A DNA stretch of 64,000 bases, taken from the NCBI GenBank assembly GCA_944386685.1, contig CALXCA010000001.1, forward strand, positions 78,105 to 142,104. The letters are read 5' to 3'. Shown piece by piece: positions 30,022-39,655 of this stretch (position 1 is its first letter; each line of letters starts with the position of its first letter). The stretch is from an uncultured Clostridia bacterium (GTDB lineage Bacteria; Bacillota; Clostridia; TANB77; CAG-508). The position numbers and the translations under genes are program-made. The notes beneath the pieces are model-generated. The model did not search any database. It was not told where the DNA came from and saw nothing but the letters and a program-made list of their open reading frames with translations.

Positions 30022-30295
30022 TATTCTTTTTATGATATATTTAATATTTTATATATCATTTGCTCCTTTCCCATATAAAATTTTTATAATTTTATATGTA
30101 TTTTGATAATACTACATATACTTTTATTTAATTATAACAATTTTGATATGTTTTTTTATTTATATTTTGTTCGAATATCTGTTTGTGATTATACTATATA
30201 TTTTTTATTTTGACAAGAGTTATATTATCATTTTTCACATTTTTTTTAATATAATTTTAATAACTATTATTTGCGAGAAAGGAACAGAATTTATT

Positions 30296-31039
30296 ATGAA
30301 TAATATGTTAAATTCAATTTTTATTGGATTATTTTTTGGAACAATTGGTACAACAGTTGGTGGAATAATAGGTTGTTTATTAAAAAATAATTCTAACAAA
30401 CTTTTAAGTTTTACATTATCTTTTGCTGCTGGCTTAATGATGTCTGTTATATGTTTTGATTTAATTCCAGAAGCTTTAAATTTAAGTAGTTTAACTAATG
30501 TAATTATAGGTATTATAGTAGGATTATTTACTATGATATTTTTTGAAGTTTTAGTTGATAAAAAATTTAATTCAAATAAAAATATAAAAAGTTCTATGAC
30601 AAATAATTTATTAAAAACAGGTATTGTTGTTAGTATAGGTTTAGCAATACATAATATTCCAGAAGGTTTAGCTATTGGCTCTGGTTTTGAAGCTTCAACA
30701 AAATTAGGTTTTTCTCTTGCTTTAGCAATTTGTTTTCATGATATTCCAGAAGGAATTTCTATGGCTCTCCCTATGAAAGCAGGTGGAATGAAAATTTATA
30801 AAATAATGTTTTATGTTATTTTATCTGGAATTGCAACAGGCTTTGGGGCTTTTATAGGTTATATAATTGGAAATATCTATTATCCAATTATTGCTACATG
30901 CTTAGGCTTTGCAGCTGGTGCTATGCTTTATATTGTTTCTGGTGAATTAGTTCCTGAATCAAATAAATTGTATACTGGTAAATTATCAACAATTGCAAAT
31001 ATTTTAGGTTTTTTAATTGGAATTTTTGTAAATAGATAA
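30296..31039 (+). CDS. zupT: ZIP-family zinc transporter (ZupT-like)
   Basis: HNIPEGLAIG and FHDIPEGISMALP motifs. True start is ATG 30296 after GAGAAAGGAAC. The track ORF start at 30143 is an AT-rich read-through. Confidence 0.8.
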   Translation: MNNMLNSIFIGLFFGTIGTTVGGIIGCLLKNNSNKLLSFTLSFAAGLMMSVICFDLIPEALNLSSLTNVIIGIIVGLFTMIFFEVLVDKKFNSNKNIKSSMTNNLLKTGIVVSIGLAIHNIPEGLAIGSGFEASTKLGFSLALAICFHDIPEGISMALPMKAGGMKIYKIMFYVILSGIATGFGAFIGYIIGNIYYPIIATCLGFAAGAMLYIVSGELVPESNKLYTGKLSTIANILGFLIGIFVNR

Positions 31040-31040
31040 A

Positions 31041-31075
31041 AAAATTTGAACTACAAAAAGTAGTTCAAATTTTTT
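31041..31075. terminator. Bidirectional terminator between zupT and prfA
   Basis: Perfect 14-bp stem AAAATTTGAACTAC/GTAGTTCAAATTTT with a 5-nt loop. T-run on the plus strand and A-run upstream. Confidence 0.8.
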
Positions 31076-31081
31076 ATAATC

Positions 31082-32143
31082 TTATTCTTCTTCTCCTTTT
31101 AATCTTTCTGCTCTATCTGCTGCAATAAGATTATCTATCATTTCATCTAAATCTCCATTTAAAAAATTTTCCATTTGGAAAATGCTCATTCCTATTCTAT
31201 GGTCTGTAATACGTCCTTGAGGATAATTATATGTACGAATTTTTTCACTTCTATCTCCACTGCCAACTTGGCTTTTTCTTGCATTTGCTATTTCTGAATC
31301 TTGTTTTTCTTTTTCCATATTATAAAGCCTAGAACGTAACATTTTCATAGCATATTCTCTATTTTGTAGTTGTGATCTTTCTGTTTGACATTCTACTACA
31401 ATTCCTGTAGGTTCATGTATAAGTCTTACGGCGGAAGATGTTTTGTTTACATGTTGTCCTCCAGCACCTGATGCCCTAAACACTTCCATTTTTATATCTG
31501 CTGGATTTATTTCTATTTCTACATCTTCTACTACAGGTAATACGGCTACAGTTGCTGTAGAAGTATGTATTCTTCCACTACTTTCCGTATCAGGAACTCT
31601 TTGCACTCTATGAACTCCACTCTCAAATTTTAATCTACTATATGCTCCTTTTCCAACTACCATAAAAGATATTTCTTTATAACCACCTAATTCTGTTTCA
31701 TTTTCATTTAAAATTTCAATCTTCCAGTGCTTTCTTTCCGCATACATTGAATACATTCTAAATAATGTTCCTGCAAATAATGCTGCTTCTTCTCCACCTG
31801 CTCCTGCCCTAATCTCACAAATAGTATTTTTATCATCATTTGGATCTTTTGGAATTAATAATGCTTTTAGTTCTTCTTCTATATGTGGAAGATTTTCTTT
31901 TGCTTCATAATAATCTGCTTCTGCTAATTCCTTAAGTTCTTTATCTTCCATCATTTCTTTAGCTTCTTCCATTCTTTGTTTTTGTTTTTTATATTCCCTA
32001 TATTTTTGTACAACTTCTTCTATTGAACTATGTTCTTTTATTAGTTTTTGCCATTCAGCTTGATTTGCAATAATTTCTGGATCACTTATTAATTTTGTTA
32101 ATTCTTCATATCTTTTTTCTACTGCCTCTAGTTTATCAAACAT
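31082..32143 (-). CDS. prfA: Peptide chain release factor 1
   Basis: [15 protein letters not shown]..., [11 protein letters not shown] (GGQ). ATG at 32143 is preceded by AAAAGGAG. The track start at 32206 is an over-extension. Confidence 0.95.
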   Translation of the reverse strand: MFDKLEAVEKRYEELTKLISDPEIIANQAEWQKLIKEHSSIEEVVQKYREYKKQKQRMEEAKEMMEDKELKELAEADYYEAKENLPHIEEELKALLIPKDPNDDKNTICEIRAGAGGEEAALFAGTLFRMYSMYAERKHWKIEILNENETELGGYKEISFMVVGKGAYSRLKFESGVHRVQRVPDTESSGRIHTSTATVAVLPVVEDVEIEINPADIKMEVFRASGAGGQHVNKTSSAVRLIHEPTGIVVECQTERSQLQNREYAMKMLRSRLYNMEKEKQDSEIANARKSQVGSGDRSEKIRTYNYPQGRITDHRIGMSIFQMENFLNGDLDEMIDNLIAADRAERLKGEEE

Positions 32144-32222
32144 AAATATTCTCCTTTTCCTTTTTTTAACATATAATATTATATAATAAAATATCATTTT
32201 TTTCAAGTATTTTTAGAAATCC

Positions 32223-34187
32223 TTATAATTCTATAAATTTAAAATTAATTAAATTTTGCTCTAAAATTGTTCGTTCTCTTTTTGTACATGTAAAAATAAT
32301 TATCTGCTTATTATAATATTCTTTATCTAAAAATAATAATATATTTTTTAATCTTTCATCATCAAAATATGCAAATGTTTCATCTAAAATTATTGGCATA
32401 TTTTCTTTCGTAATTTCATCTAACATTGCTAATCTTAAAGAAAGATATAATTGGTCAATTGTACCTATGCTTAATCTTTCTGCTGGAATATAATTTCCAT
32501 TATCTAATTCTACAATTAAACCTTGTTCATCATTAAAAATTAATCTATTATATTTATTATTAGTTATTTTTGAAATTATAGTAGATAATTTATTTGTAAA
32601 TTCTGGGCTAATGTCATTTTTCATTTTTTCATATGCTTTTTCAAATAAATTTTTTGCAAGTTCTATTGATTCATTTTCTTCATTTAATTCTGATAGTTGT
32701 TGTGATAATATTTCTTGTTCTTCCTCTAAATTTGATAAATTTTCTAATTCTTTTTCTATATTATCTTTTTTAAATTCTAATTTATTTAATTCATATTTAA
32801 AATTGTCAATTTTATTTTCAATTAATATAGTATTTTTTTCTATATTATTATAATTTATTATTTCATTTATTTCTTCTTTATTTAATTTTATTGAATATTT
32901 TTTTATTAAATTATTTTTTTCTGAATTAAATAAAAATATATTTTTATTTTTTTCTTTTTCTATTTCATTATTTATTTTTTCAAAATTTTCATTAATTAAT
33001 TTATATTGATTATTTAATTCATTAATTTCTTTTTGATTATTTTCCAAATTATTATTTATATTATTTTTTATTTTTTTAATTTTTTTATTTATATTTATTA
33101 TTTTAAATAAATATATAAAAATAATTATTAAAATTGGCAAAAACAAAATATATTTTAAATAATTTATTTTTTCTGGAATAAATATAAAACTAATAATATT
33201 TAATATGATTAAAATAAATAATATTAAATTATATTTTTTAAATATTTTATTTTTTATTTTTTTATTTTTTTCTAATAAATCATTATTATTTTTTATATCA
33301 TTATTTTCTAAATTTTTATTATTTATTTTTTTATTTAAATCTATTTTTTTATAATTATTTTCTTCATTAATTTTTTCTTTTATTTTCATTTTTTCTTCAT
33401 TTATTTCTGTTTTATCATAAATATTTTTTATTTCTTTTAATAAATTATTTTTTATATTTTCTTTATTAATTTTATTTTCTATTTCATTTATTTTTTCCTG
33501 AATTTCAAATTGAATATTTTTATTATTTTTTAATTCTTCTATTTTTTTATTATTTTCTTCTAATTTTTTTTGTATTATATTTATTGGCTTTTCTCTGCTT
33601 CTTTCTGTTCCAATTTTTTCCAATTGTATTTTGTTTAATTTGTCTATCGTCTTTTGGTATGATACATTATCTTCCCCTGTTCCCAATAGGTTTGAAATTT
33701 TCTGAATCATCATATATTGATTCTCTCTCCCAATTTTTACCTCTTGTTGTTGAGAAACAGCTGTTGATAAATACATATTTAGATTAAAATTTGTTTGCTC
33801 ATAAAAAAATTCGCTTCCATTTTTTTTATTTATATTATATTCATCAGAAATTTCGTTTCCTTTTTCGTCAAATATTTTTGGATTTTTTTTATTAAATTCT
33901 CTAAATATTTCATATTTATTTTTATTTTCTAATTCATAAATTATTTTTCCAGAATATTCTGTACTATCCCATGGTGCATATTTTTCAAAATCAGAAATTT
34001 CTTTTCCATTTTTATTTTTAGAAATTCCAAATAAAATATTATTTATAAAATTTACTATTGTTGATTTTCCACTTTCATTTTTTCCATAAATAATATTTAA
34101 ATGATTTTCTAAATTAATTTCTTTATTTTTTATTTTTCCATATGAATTTATTTTTATTTTATTTATTTTCAAAATAAATCCCTCCAT
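32223..34187 (-). CDS. SbcC/YhaN-like SMC-type ATPase with a central TM hairpin
   Basis: Walker A GKNESGKST. C-terminal LSIGTIDQLYLSLRLA plus IILDETFAYFDD. Asn/Lys/Glu-rich coiled coil interrupted by YNLILFILIILNIISFIFIP...YILFLPILIIIFIYLF. Confidence 0.75.
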   Translation of the reverse strand: MEGFILKINKIKINSYGKIKNKEINLENHLNIIYGKNESGKSTIVNFINNILFGISKNKNGKEISDFEKYAPWDSTEYSGKIIYELENKNKYEIFREFNKKNPKIFDEKGNEISDEYNINKKNGSEFFYEQTNFNLNMYLSTAVSQQQEVKIGRENQYMMIQKISNLLGTGEDNVSYQKTIDKLNKIQLEKIGTERSREKPINIIQKKLEENNKKIEELKNNKNIQFEIQEKINEIENKINKENIKNNLLKEIKNIYDKTEINEEKMKIKEKINEENNYKKIDLNKKINNKNLENNDIKNNNDLLEKNKKIKNKIFKKYNLILFILIILNIISFIFIPEKINYLKYILFLPILIIIFIYLFKIININKKIKKIKNNINNNLENNQKEINELNNQYKLINENFEKINNEIEKEKNKNIFLFNSEKNNLIKKYSIKLNKEEINEIINYNNIEKNTILIENKIDNFKYELNKLEFKKDNIEKELENLSNLEEEQEILSQQLSELNEENESIELAKNLFEKAYEKMKNDISPEFTNKLSTIISKITNNKYNRLIFNDEQGLIVELDNGNYIPAERLSIGTIDQLYLSLRLAMLDEITKENMPIILDETFAYFDDERLKNILLFLDKEYYNKQIIIFTCTKRERTILEQNLINFKFIEL

Positions 34188-34206
34188 ATTTTATTATAAT
34201 ATTTTT

Positions 34207-35277
34207 TTATTCTAAAATTTCCATTCCTATTTCAAATGCTCTATTAATTATATTTTTATTATATGGATTATTTTCTAATTCTTTTAATATTTCTTTTGCA
34301 AATAATCCTCTTAAATTATTTTCTTTTGATATTTTTTCTATATTATAATTAATTGTTGTTTTATTTTTTATTTTTATTATTTTTTCATCTAATTGATATT
34401 TATATATATCATTAATATTTATTTCAAAATTTCTTTTTCCTGTTAATATTATTTCATATAAATTATTATTTAAAAAAGTTAAGAAATTTATTTTTTCAAT
34501 TAATTCTTCTATAGAATTTATTTCTGTACAATTTATTTCTGTTTTTTCAAATTGAATATCATCTAATTTTATGAATTTCAATTTATTTTTTTGTTTTGTT
34601 ATTTCTCCAACAACCATTCCATGTTCACCTAATTCATCAAATCCCATTGCAATTGTTGAACCTGGATATATTATTTTTCCATGTTCCTCGAAATTATTTT
34701 TATGAATATGTCCTAATGCAATATAATCAAAACCTTTTCCTTCAAGACTTTTTTTACTCATAGAATTATATTGCATATCTTCTAGATTTGCTCCGTCTAA
34801 AGTTCCATGAATAATTAATATATTAATTTTATTTTTATTTTCTATATTAAATTGGTTGAAATTTAAACCAGAACAATAAAAATCATTAAATCCAAATCCA
34901 TATATATCTGCTTCTTCTGTTTCTACTTTTTGTAATTCTGAAGTAAATATATGTACATTATCATTCCAGATAAAATTATTATAAAAAGAATTTTTTAAAA
35001 ATGGGTCATGATTTCCTGGTGAAATAAAAATTTGTGTTTCGCCTATTTCTTTAAATAATTCATTTAAATATTCGATAGTTGATTTTCTCACATATTCATG
35101 TTCATATAAATCTCCAGATATAAAAAAATATTTTGTATGGTTTTCTTTTATATATTCTATTATTTTTTTTAATATTTTTCTTTGGTCATATCTCCTTTGT
35201 TCACCTATACCATTTTTATCTGAAAGCATTTTAAATTGTGCATCTAAATGCATATCTGCTATATGTACAAAATTCAT
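34207..35277 (-). CDS. SbcD/Mre11-family nuclease (YhaO-like)
   Basis: Calcineurin-like phosphoesterase motifs: HIADMHLD, ISGDLYE, PGNHD, IIHGT, LGHIH. Confidence 0.85.
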   Translation of the reverse strand: MNFVHIADMHLDAQFKMLSDKNGIGEQRRYDQRKILKKIIEYIKENHTKYFFISGDLYEHEYVRKSTIEYLNELFKEIGETQIFISPGNHDPFLKNSFYNNFIWNDNVHIFTSELQKVETEEADIYGFGFNDFYCSGLNFNQFNIENKNKINILIIHGTLDGANLEDMQYNSMSKKSLEGKGFDYIALGHIHKNNFEEHGKIIYPGSTIAMGFDELGEHGMVVGEITKQKNKLKFIKLDDIQFEKTEINCTEINSIEELIEKINFLTFLNNNLYEIILTGKRNFEININDIYKYQLDEKIIKIKNKTTINYNIEKISKENNLRGLFAKEILKELENNPYNKNIINRAFEIGMEILE

Positions 35278-35513
35278 TTTTTATTTTTTTCGTATAAATT
35301 TTTATATAGAAATATTTTGTATGTAATATTTTTATAAAAAATTTTATTATACGATTTCTCCTTTCTTTTGTTTATAATTATATTTATTTTATTGTTTATC
35401 ACAATTAATCTGAAATATATAATTTTTTATAAAAAATTATAGCTATATTTTACAACATTTGTTCTGTTTTTTCAATATTTAGTAATAAATTTATATAAAA
35501 TTAAGCTTTTTAA

Positions 35514-35535
35514 AAGGCTACTTTACAGTAGCCTT
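35514..35535 (-). terminator. Hairpin terminator after the coupling-protein gene
   Basis: AAGGCTACT-gtaa-AGTAGCCTT, followed by TT on the minus strand. It lies 17 nt after the stop at 35552. The T-tract is short. Confidence 0.5.
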
Positions 35536-35551
35536 AGTTTAGATTAATATC

Positions 35552-37627
35552 TTATTCATTATCATCATCAATTGGTCCAAATAATTCATCAAATTTAGCT
35601 TCTAATTCTTTTTGTAAATCATATGTATCTTCTTCATCAACAATTGGTGCTTGTTTTGGAATTTCTTCTTGTTCTATATCTCCAAATGCATCTTCAGAAA
35701 TTGTTGCAATATTATTTGTATTTTGTTGTTCTTCATTTCTTGAATTTACATTTAAGTTATTGTTTTCTGCTTTTATTTTTTGTACTTTATTTGGTACTTC
35801 TTCTTTTTGTTCTGATTGTTCATCATCAAATAAATCATCTAATGATTCTATTTTCATATCTTTAACTTGATTTTCTGTTTTGTCTTCAGTCCATGGATTA
35901 TATGGATTAAATTTTCTCCATGTTCCACGGTCTATCTGACCTATATCATTATGACTTATTTCTGCTCTTCTTAAACTGTTTTCCATATTTTTATGTTTAA
36001 AATAATAAAATTTATTTGCTTTTACTGGTTTTATTCCTTTTTCAAAAATAATACATAAATCATTATCTAATCTTCTTAATTCATCTGGTGTCATAAGTGC
36101 TCTTGCCATTACTTGGTCTGAATCACTTGTTCCTGTTCTATGATGTTGTTTATCTCTATTTATAGATATACTTTCTCTTTCAATTGTTTTTTCCCCTAAT
36201 GCTTTTGAGAAATATTCTACTGTTTTATAAGAGTTACTTCCTAAAAATACGTGTGTGTCACAGTTACCTATTATTGTTTCATATGATTTATCATATATTG
36301 CTTCTAATTGGTCTAAGTTTTGTAATATAACACTAAATGATATTTTTCTACTTCTTGATGTTGATATTTTTTTATCAAAATCTGGAATTTTCCCTATATT
36401 GGCAAACTCGTCTAATATAAAGTATGTTGGAACTTTTAATTTTCCTCCATTATCATCTGCAAAATTGTATAGTTGTTGTATCATCTGTGCAAAGAAAATT
36501 GTTAGTAAAAAGTCATATGCTGTATGTGTATCTGAAGATATTACATATACAGCTGTTTTTTTACTTCCTATATCCTCAAATTTAATTGTGTCTGTTGATG
36601 TTAATTCTGCAATTTCTTTTGAGTCAAACTTACCTAATTTTGATTGTAATGTACTTAAAATTGAACTATATGTTTTTTCTGGGGCAATTTCTATTGATTT
36701 ATAGTTCATTCTTGCAGGATGGTCATATGGTAATTTACTCATTAATTCTGTTAATAAGTTACTTCCACCATTAGAATTTGCAGCTCTTACAAGTTCTGCA
36801 CAACTTGCTAAGTTTTGCTCTTCTTCTGGTCTTGTTGCCATTAAATAGTAAATTAATGCTTTTAATAACATTTCTGCAGAGTCATCCCAGAATGGATCTG
36901 ATCCTCCAGAATCTGTTTTTTGACCTTTTACTATTGTATTTGCTATAACATCTACATCTATTTCTGAAGAAATATGCATTAATGGATTATAACCATCACT
37001 ATTTTGTGGTTTTACTAAATTTAAAACTTTTATTTCATATCCATTTTGTTTTAAATATCCAGCTGTTCTATCATATAATTCTCCTTTAGGATCTGTAAAT
37101 ACATATGACCCTAGTTGTTGAAAAGCATTAGGTATTGAATATGAAGCAGATTTACCAGATCCAGAACCTCCGACTACTAATACATTTACATTTCCTCTTT
37201 TATCAACTGGTAAATAGTTATCTTCTGCAAGAATTATTCCTTTTTTATTACTTAAAACCTGATATTGCTCTCCATTTCTGCTCCAATCACTTGAACCATG
37301 TTCCATATCAGTATATTCATTTTTTGGTGATGATTTTATTAATCCTATAACCATTAAAATTGCATATATAATTGTAAATAGTCCAATATTTTTTAAATAT
37401 TGTAAAAAAATTCCCTCAGTAAATAGTGTTCCAAAAGATTGGAATATGTGTTGCATTGAATTAACAAGTCCATCAAATCCAGCTGTTATATCATTTTGTA
37501 CTTGTGCCTCATGTATTGCAATTGTTACAGGCATAACTAATACTATGGATATAAATAACCATAGTATTGCAAAAATAATAAAATATTTTCTTGTTCTTCT
37601 GATTGCACCAGATATTTTGTAATTCAT
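35552..37627 (-). CDS. Type IV secretion coupling protein (VirD4/TraG family)
   Basis: Two N-terminal TM helices. Walker A VLVVGGSGSGKSASYSIPN. Walker B YFILDEFANIGKIPDF. Acidic C-terminal tail (...EEDTYDLQKELEAKFDELFGPIDDDNE). Confidence 0.85.
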   Translation of the reverse strand: MNYKISGAIRRTRKYFIIFAILWLFISIVLVMPVTIAIHEAQVQNDITAGFDGLVNSMQHIFQSFGTLFTEGIFLQYLKNIGLFTIIYAILMVIGLIKSSPKNEYTDMEHGSSDWSRNGEQYQVLSNKKGIILAEDNYLPVDKRGNVNVLVVGGSGSGKSASYSIPNAFQQLGSYVFTDPKGELYDRTAGYLKQNGYEIKVLNLVKPQNSDGYNPLMHISSEIDVDVIANTIVKGQKTDSGGSDPFWDDSAEMLLKALIYYLMATRPEEEQNLASCAELVRAANSNGGSNLLTELMSKLPYDHPARMNYKSIEIAPEKTYSSILSTLQSKLGKFDSKEIAELTSTDTIKFEDIGSKKTAVYVISSDTHTAYDFLLTIFFAQMIQQLYNFADDNGGKLKVPTYFILDEFANIGKIPDFDKKISTSRSRKISFSVILQNLDQLEAIYDKSYETIIGNCDTHVFLGSNSYKTVEYFSKALGEKTIERESISINRDKQHHRTGTSDSDQVMARALMTPDELRRLDNDLCIIFEKGIKPVKANKFYYFKHKNMENSLRRAEISHNDIGQIDRGTWRKFNPYNPWTEDKTENQVKDMKIESLDDLFDDEQSEQKEEVPNKVQKIKAENNNLNVNSRNEEQQNTNNIATISEDAFGDIEQEEIPKQAPIVDEEDTYDLQKELEAKFDELFGPIDDDNE

Positions 37628-37651
37628 TTATAAATCACCTTCTCTTTGGTT

Positions 37652-37951
37652 TTATTTTATTGGGTCATCTTCTTTTCCTTTAATATCTCTATCTTTTTTA
37701 GATTTACTTGTGTTATTATCTTTTTTAGCTGTTTTATCTTTTTCTGTATTAGAATATGCTTTTATAACCATATATTCTGTTGGTACAACTTCTCTATATA
37801 GTTTTCCTTTTGCTTCTAATTCAAATAATTGTTTTGTTTCCTCTCCAGCCTTTGCTCCTATTTCTTTAACAGTTTGATTTATTTGCATTCCTACTATAAT
37901 TGTTTTATCTTTTAAACCTGCTGGTCTTTTCTTTACTGTGTGATTCCCCAT
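37652..37951 (-). CDS. Hypothetical 99-aa protein with a Lys/Asp-rich tail (cassette gene 2)
   Basis: ORF 24 nt upstream of the T4CP gene on the same strand. RBS GGAGGATATT before the ATG. No recognised domain. Confidence 0.6.
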   Translation of the reverse strand: MGNHTVKKRPAGLKDKTIIVGMQINQTVKEIGAKAGEETKQLFELEAKGKLYREVVPTEYMVIKAYSNTEKDKTAKKDNNTSKSKKDRDIKGKEDDPIK

Positions 37952-37970
37952 AGTAAAATATCCTCCTTAA

Positions 37971-38486
37971 TTATTCACCTCTTACTTCAAAAGCGAAATA
38001 AGATTTATATGGTTTTAATTTACATTTTCCCTTTACTTTATTTTCTTTTTCATCAAAATAAAGCCTTGGTTTAATTTCTTCTGTAGTTTCAGGATCAATA
38101 ACACATATGTCCCTTTTTAAATTAGGGGTATAGTTAAAATCTTTAAATTCCTGTTCTTCTTCTGAATATAATGTATCAAATTTAAAAGCTGAAGGATTTT
38201 TGGCAATTCTTACTTCATCATCAATCAAAATGCCAGAATTAATAATAACCTTTTCTCCAGCAAACGAAAGAATTGCTAGTTGGTTTCCTTGTGGTTGTGG
38301 ATTATCTACATAAAAAGTTTTTCTTCTTGAGTTTCCCCTTATTTCCTCTGTGTAGTCTAGTCTTTCAACTGTATATTTAGGATATTCTTTCAAAAAGTCT
38401 TTTTCTGTTTTATTTATTTGATAAATAACTGTATTAACACCTTGTGGATCTGTTATACTAAAATGTTTTCCTTGTAACATATCCAT
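37971..38486 (-). CDS. Hypothetical 171-aa protein (cassette gene 1)
   Basis: ORF 19 nt upstream of the 99-aa gene. RBS AGAGAGGAAAA. No recognised domain. Confidence 0.6.
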   Translation of the reverse strand: MDMLQGKHFSITDPQGVNTVIYQINKTEKDFLKEYPKYTVERLDYTEEIRGNSRRKTFYVDNPQPQGNQLAILSFAGEKVIINSGILIDDEVRIAKNPSAFKFDTLYSEEEQEFKDFNYTPNLKRDICVIDPETTEEIKPRLYFDEKENKVKGKCKLKPYKSYFAFEVRGE

Positions 38487-38553
38487 TTTTATTTTCCTCT
38501 CTTTCCATGTTAATCCATAGAATTATCTTTTGTAAAGCAAATTGCCAATATTA

Positions 38554-38582
38554 ATTATATCTTATTTTACTGGCTTTGTCAA
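38554..38582 (-). promoter_or_regulatory. Consensus sigma-A promoter of the 3-gene T4CP cassette
   Basis: Minus strand TTGACA (38582..38577), exactly 17 bp (aagccagtaaaataaga), TATAAT (38559..38554). It sits ~68 nt upstream of ATG 38486. Confidence 0.75.
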
Positions 38583-38710
38583 TATTTTTTATTGTTTATG
38601 TTAAATTATTTAGTTGTTCTTTTAATTTTATATTTTTAAATTTAACTGTAAAATAAATATTTTTGGTTTTAACATATATATTTATTATAATTTATTTGCT
38701 TTTTACATCT

Positions 38711-39592
38711 TTAAACTTTTCTAGGATTAAATTTTGATATTTCTTTTAATTTTTTAAATATTTCTTTTTCTTCTTTAGAAATTTTATCTGGAACAACAAT
38801 TTCTATTTTTCCTATTAATTTTCCTCTTTCTCCATTTTTCATTTTATATCCTTTACCTGGAATTTCAAAAACTTCTCCAGATTGTACTCCATTTGGAACA
38901 TAAATTTGTGTTTCAGAATCATCTATTGATTTAACTTTTAATTTTGTTCCAAGTACCGCTTCCCATGGTGTAATTGGAATTACTGTATATAAATCATTAT
39001 TTCTTAGTTGATATTTTTTACTATCTTCTATATTTATTTTAATATATAAATCTCCATTTTTACCACCATTTTTACCTGGTTTTCCTTGACCTGCTAATCT
39101 TATTTTTTCTGAATTTTTAACTCCTTCTGGCAATTTCATTGTGATTTTTTTATTATTATTTTCTATATCTTTTAAAAGTATTGTTTTATTTGCTCCAAAA
39201 AAGCCTTCTTCAATAGTAATATTTATTTCAGTCTCAATGTCTTCTCCATTAATTGCTGGTATTGTTGATTGTCCAATTTCTTCTTTTGTATCATTATTTC
39301 CAAAAAACATTCCAAAAAATTCTCCAGCCATTTGGCTTGTTGTTTTTACATGATTTTTCTTTCTTCCAATTGCATAATTCCATGTTCTATCATACTTACG
39401 CTTTGTTGATGTTTCTGAAAGAATTTTATATGCTTCATTTATGTCTTTTATTTTCTCTTCTGCAAGTTTATTTCCAACATTAACATCTGGATGATATTTT
39501 TTAGCTTGTTTTCTATATGCTGTTTTTATTTGTTCTAATGTAACTCTATTATCTTCTAATTCTAGTATTTTGTAGTAGTCTTTAAATTTCAT
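38711..39592 (-). CDS. J-domain co-chaperone, CbpA-like (no zinc-finger domain)
   Basis: DYYKILELE...KKYHPDVN (HPD) plus a DnaJ C-terminal substrate-binding fold (GEDIETEINITIEE...GKPGKNGGKNGDLYIKI). Confidence 0.8.
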   Translation of the reverse strand: MKFKDYYKILELEDNRVTLEQIKTAYRKQAKKYHPDVNVGNKLAEEKIKDINEAYKILSETSTKRKYDRTWNYAIGRKKNHVKTTSQMAGEFFGMFFGNNDTKEEIGQSTIPAINGEDIETEINITIEEGFFGANKTILLKDIENNNKKITMKLPEGVKNSEKIRLAGQGKPGKNGGKNGDLYIKINIEDSKKYQLRNNDLYTVIPITPWEAVLGTKLKVKSIDDSETQIYVPNGVQSGEVFEIPGKGYKMKNGERGKLIGKIEIVVPDKISKEEKEIFKKLKEISKFNPRKV

Positions 39593-39612
39593 TTGATATC
39601 CCCCAATACAAT

Positions 39613-39645
39613 AAAAAATTGGTACACTTATTATACCAATTTTTT
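39613..39645 (-). terminator. Terminator after murF
   Basis: AAAAAATTGGTA-9 nt-TACCAATTTTTT hairpin, 11 nt after the murF stop. Confidence 0.6.
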
Positions 39646-39655
39646 TTCAAAAAAT

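Noticed and set aside
30143-30295. N-terminal extension of the zupT ORF, and the similar extensions of prfA (32144..32206) and the 17533 start.
   Set aside because: The extensions are F/I/Y-rich read-through of AT-rich upstream DNA. Good RBS-ATG pairs and conserved protein N-termini occur at the internal starts.
35552-38486. Considered calling the T4CP cassette a mobile element (ICE or plasmid remnant).
   Set aside because: No integrase, relaxase, direct repeats, tRNA-adjacent att site or obvious compositional break is visible by eye. It is kept as a finding rather than annotated as a mobile_element.
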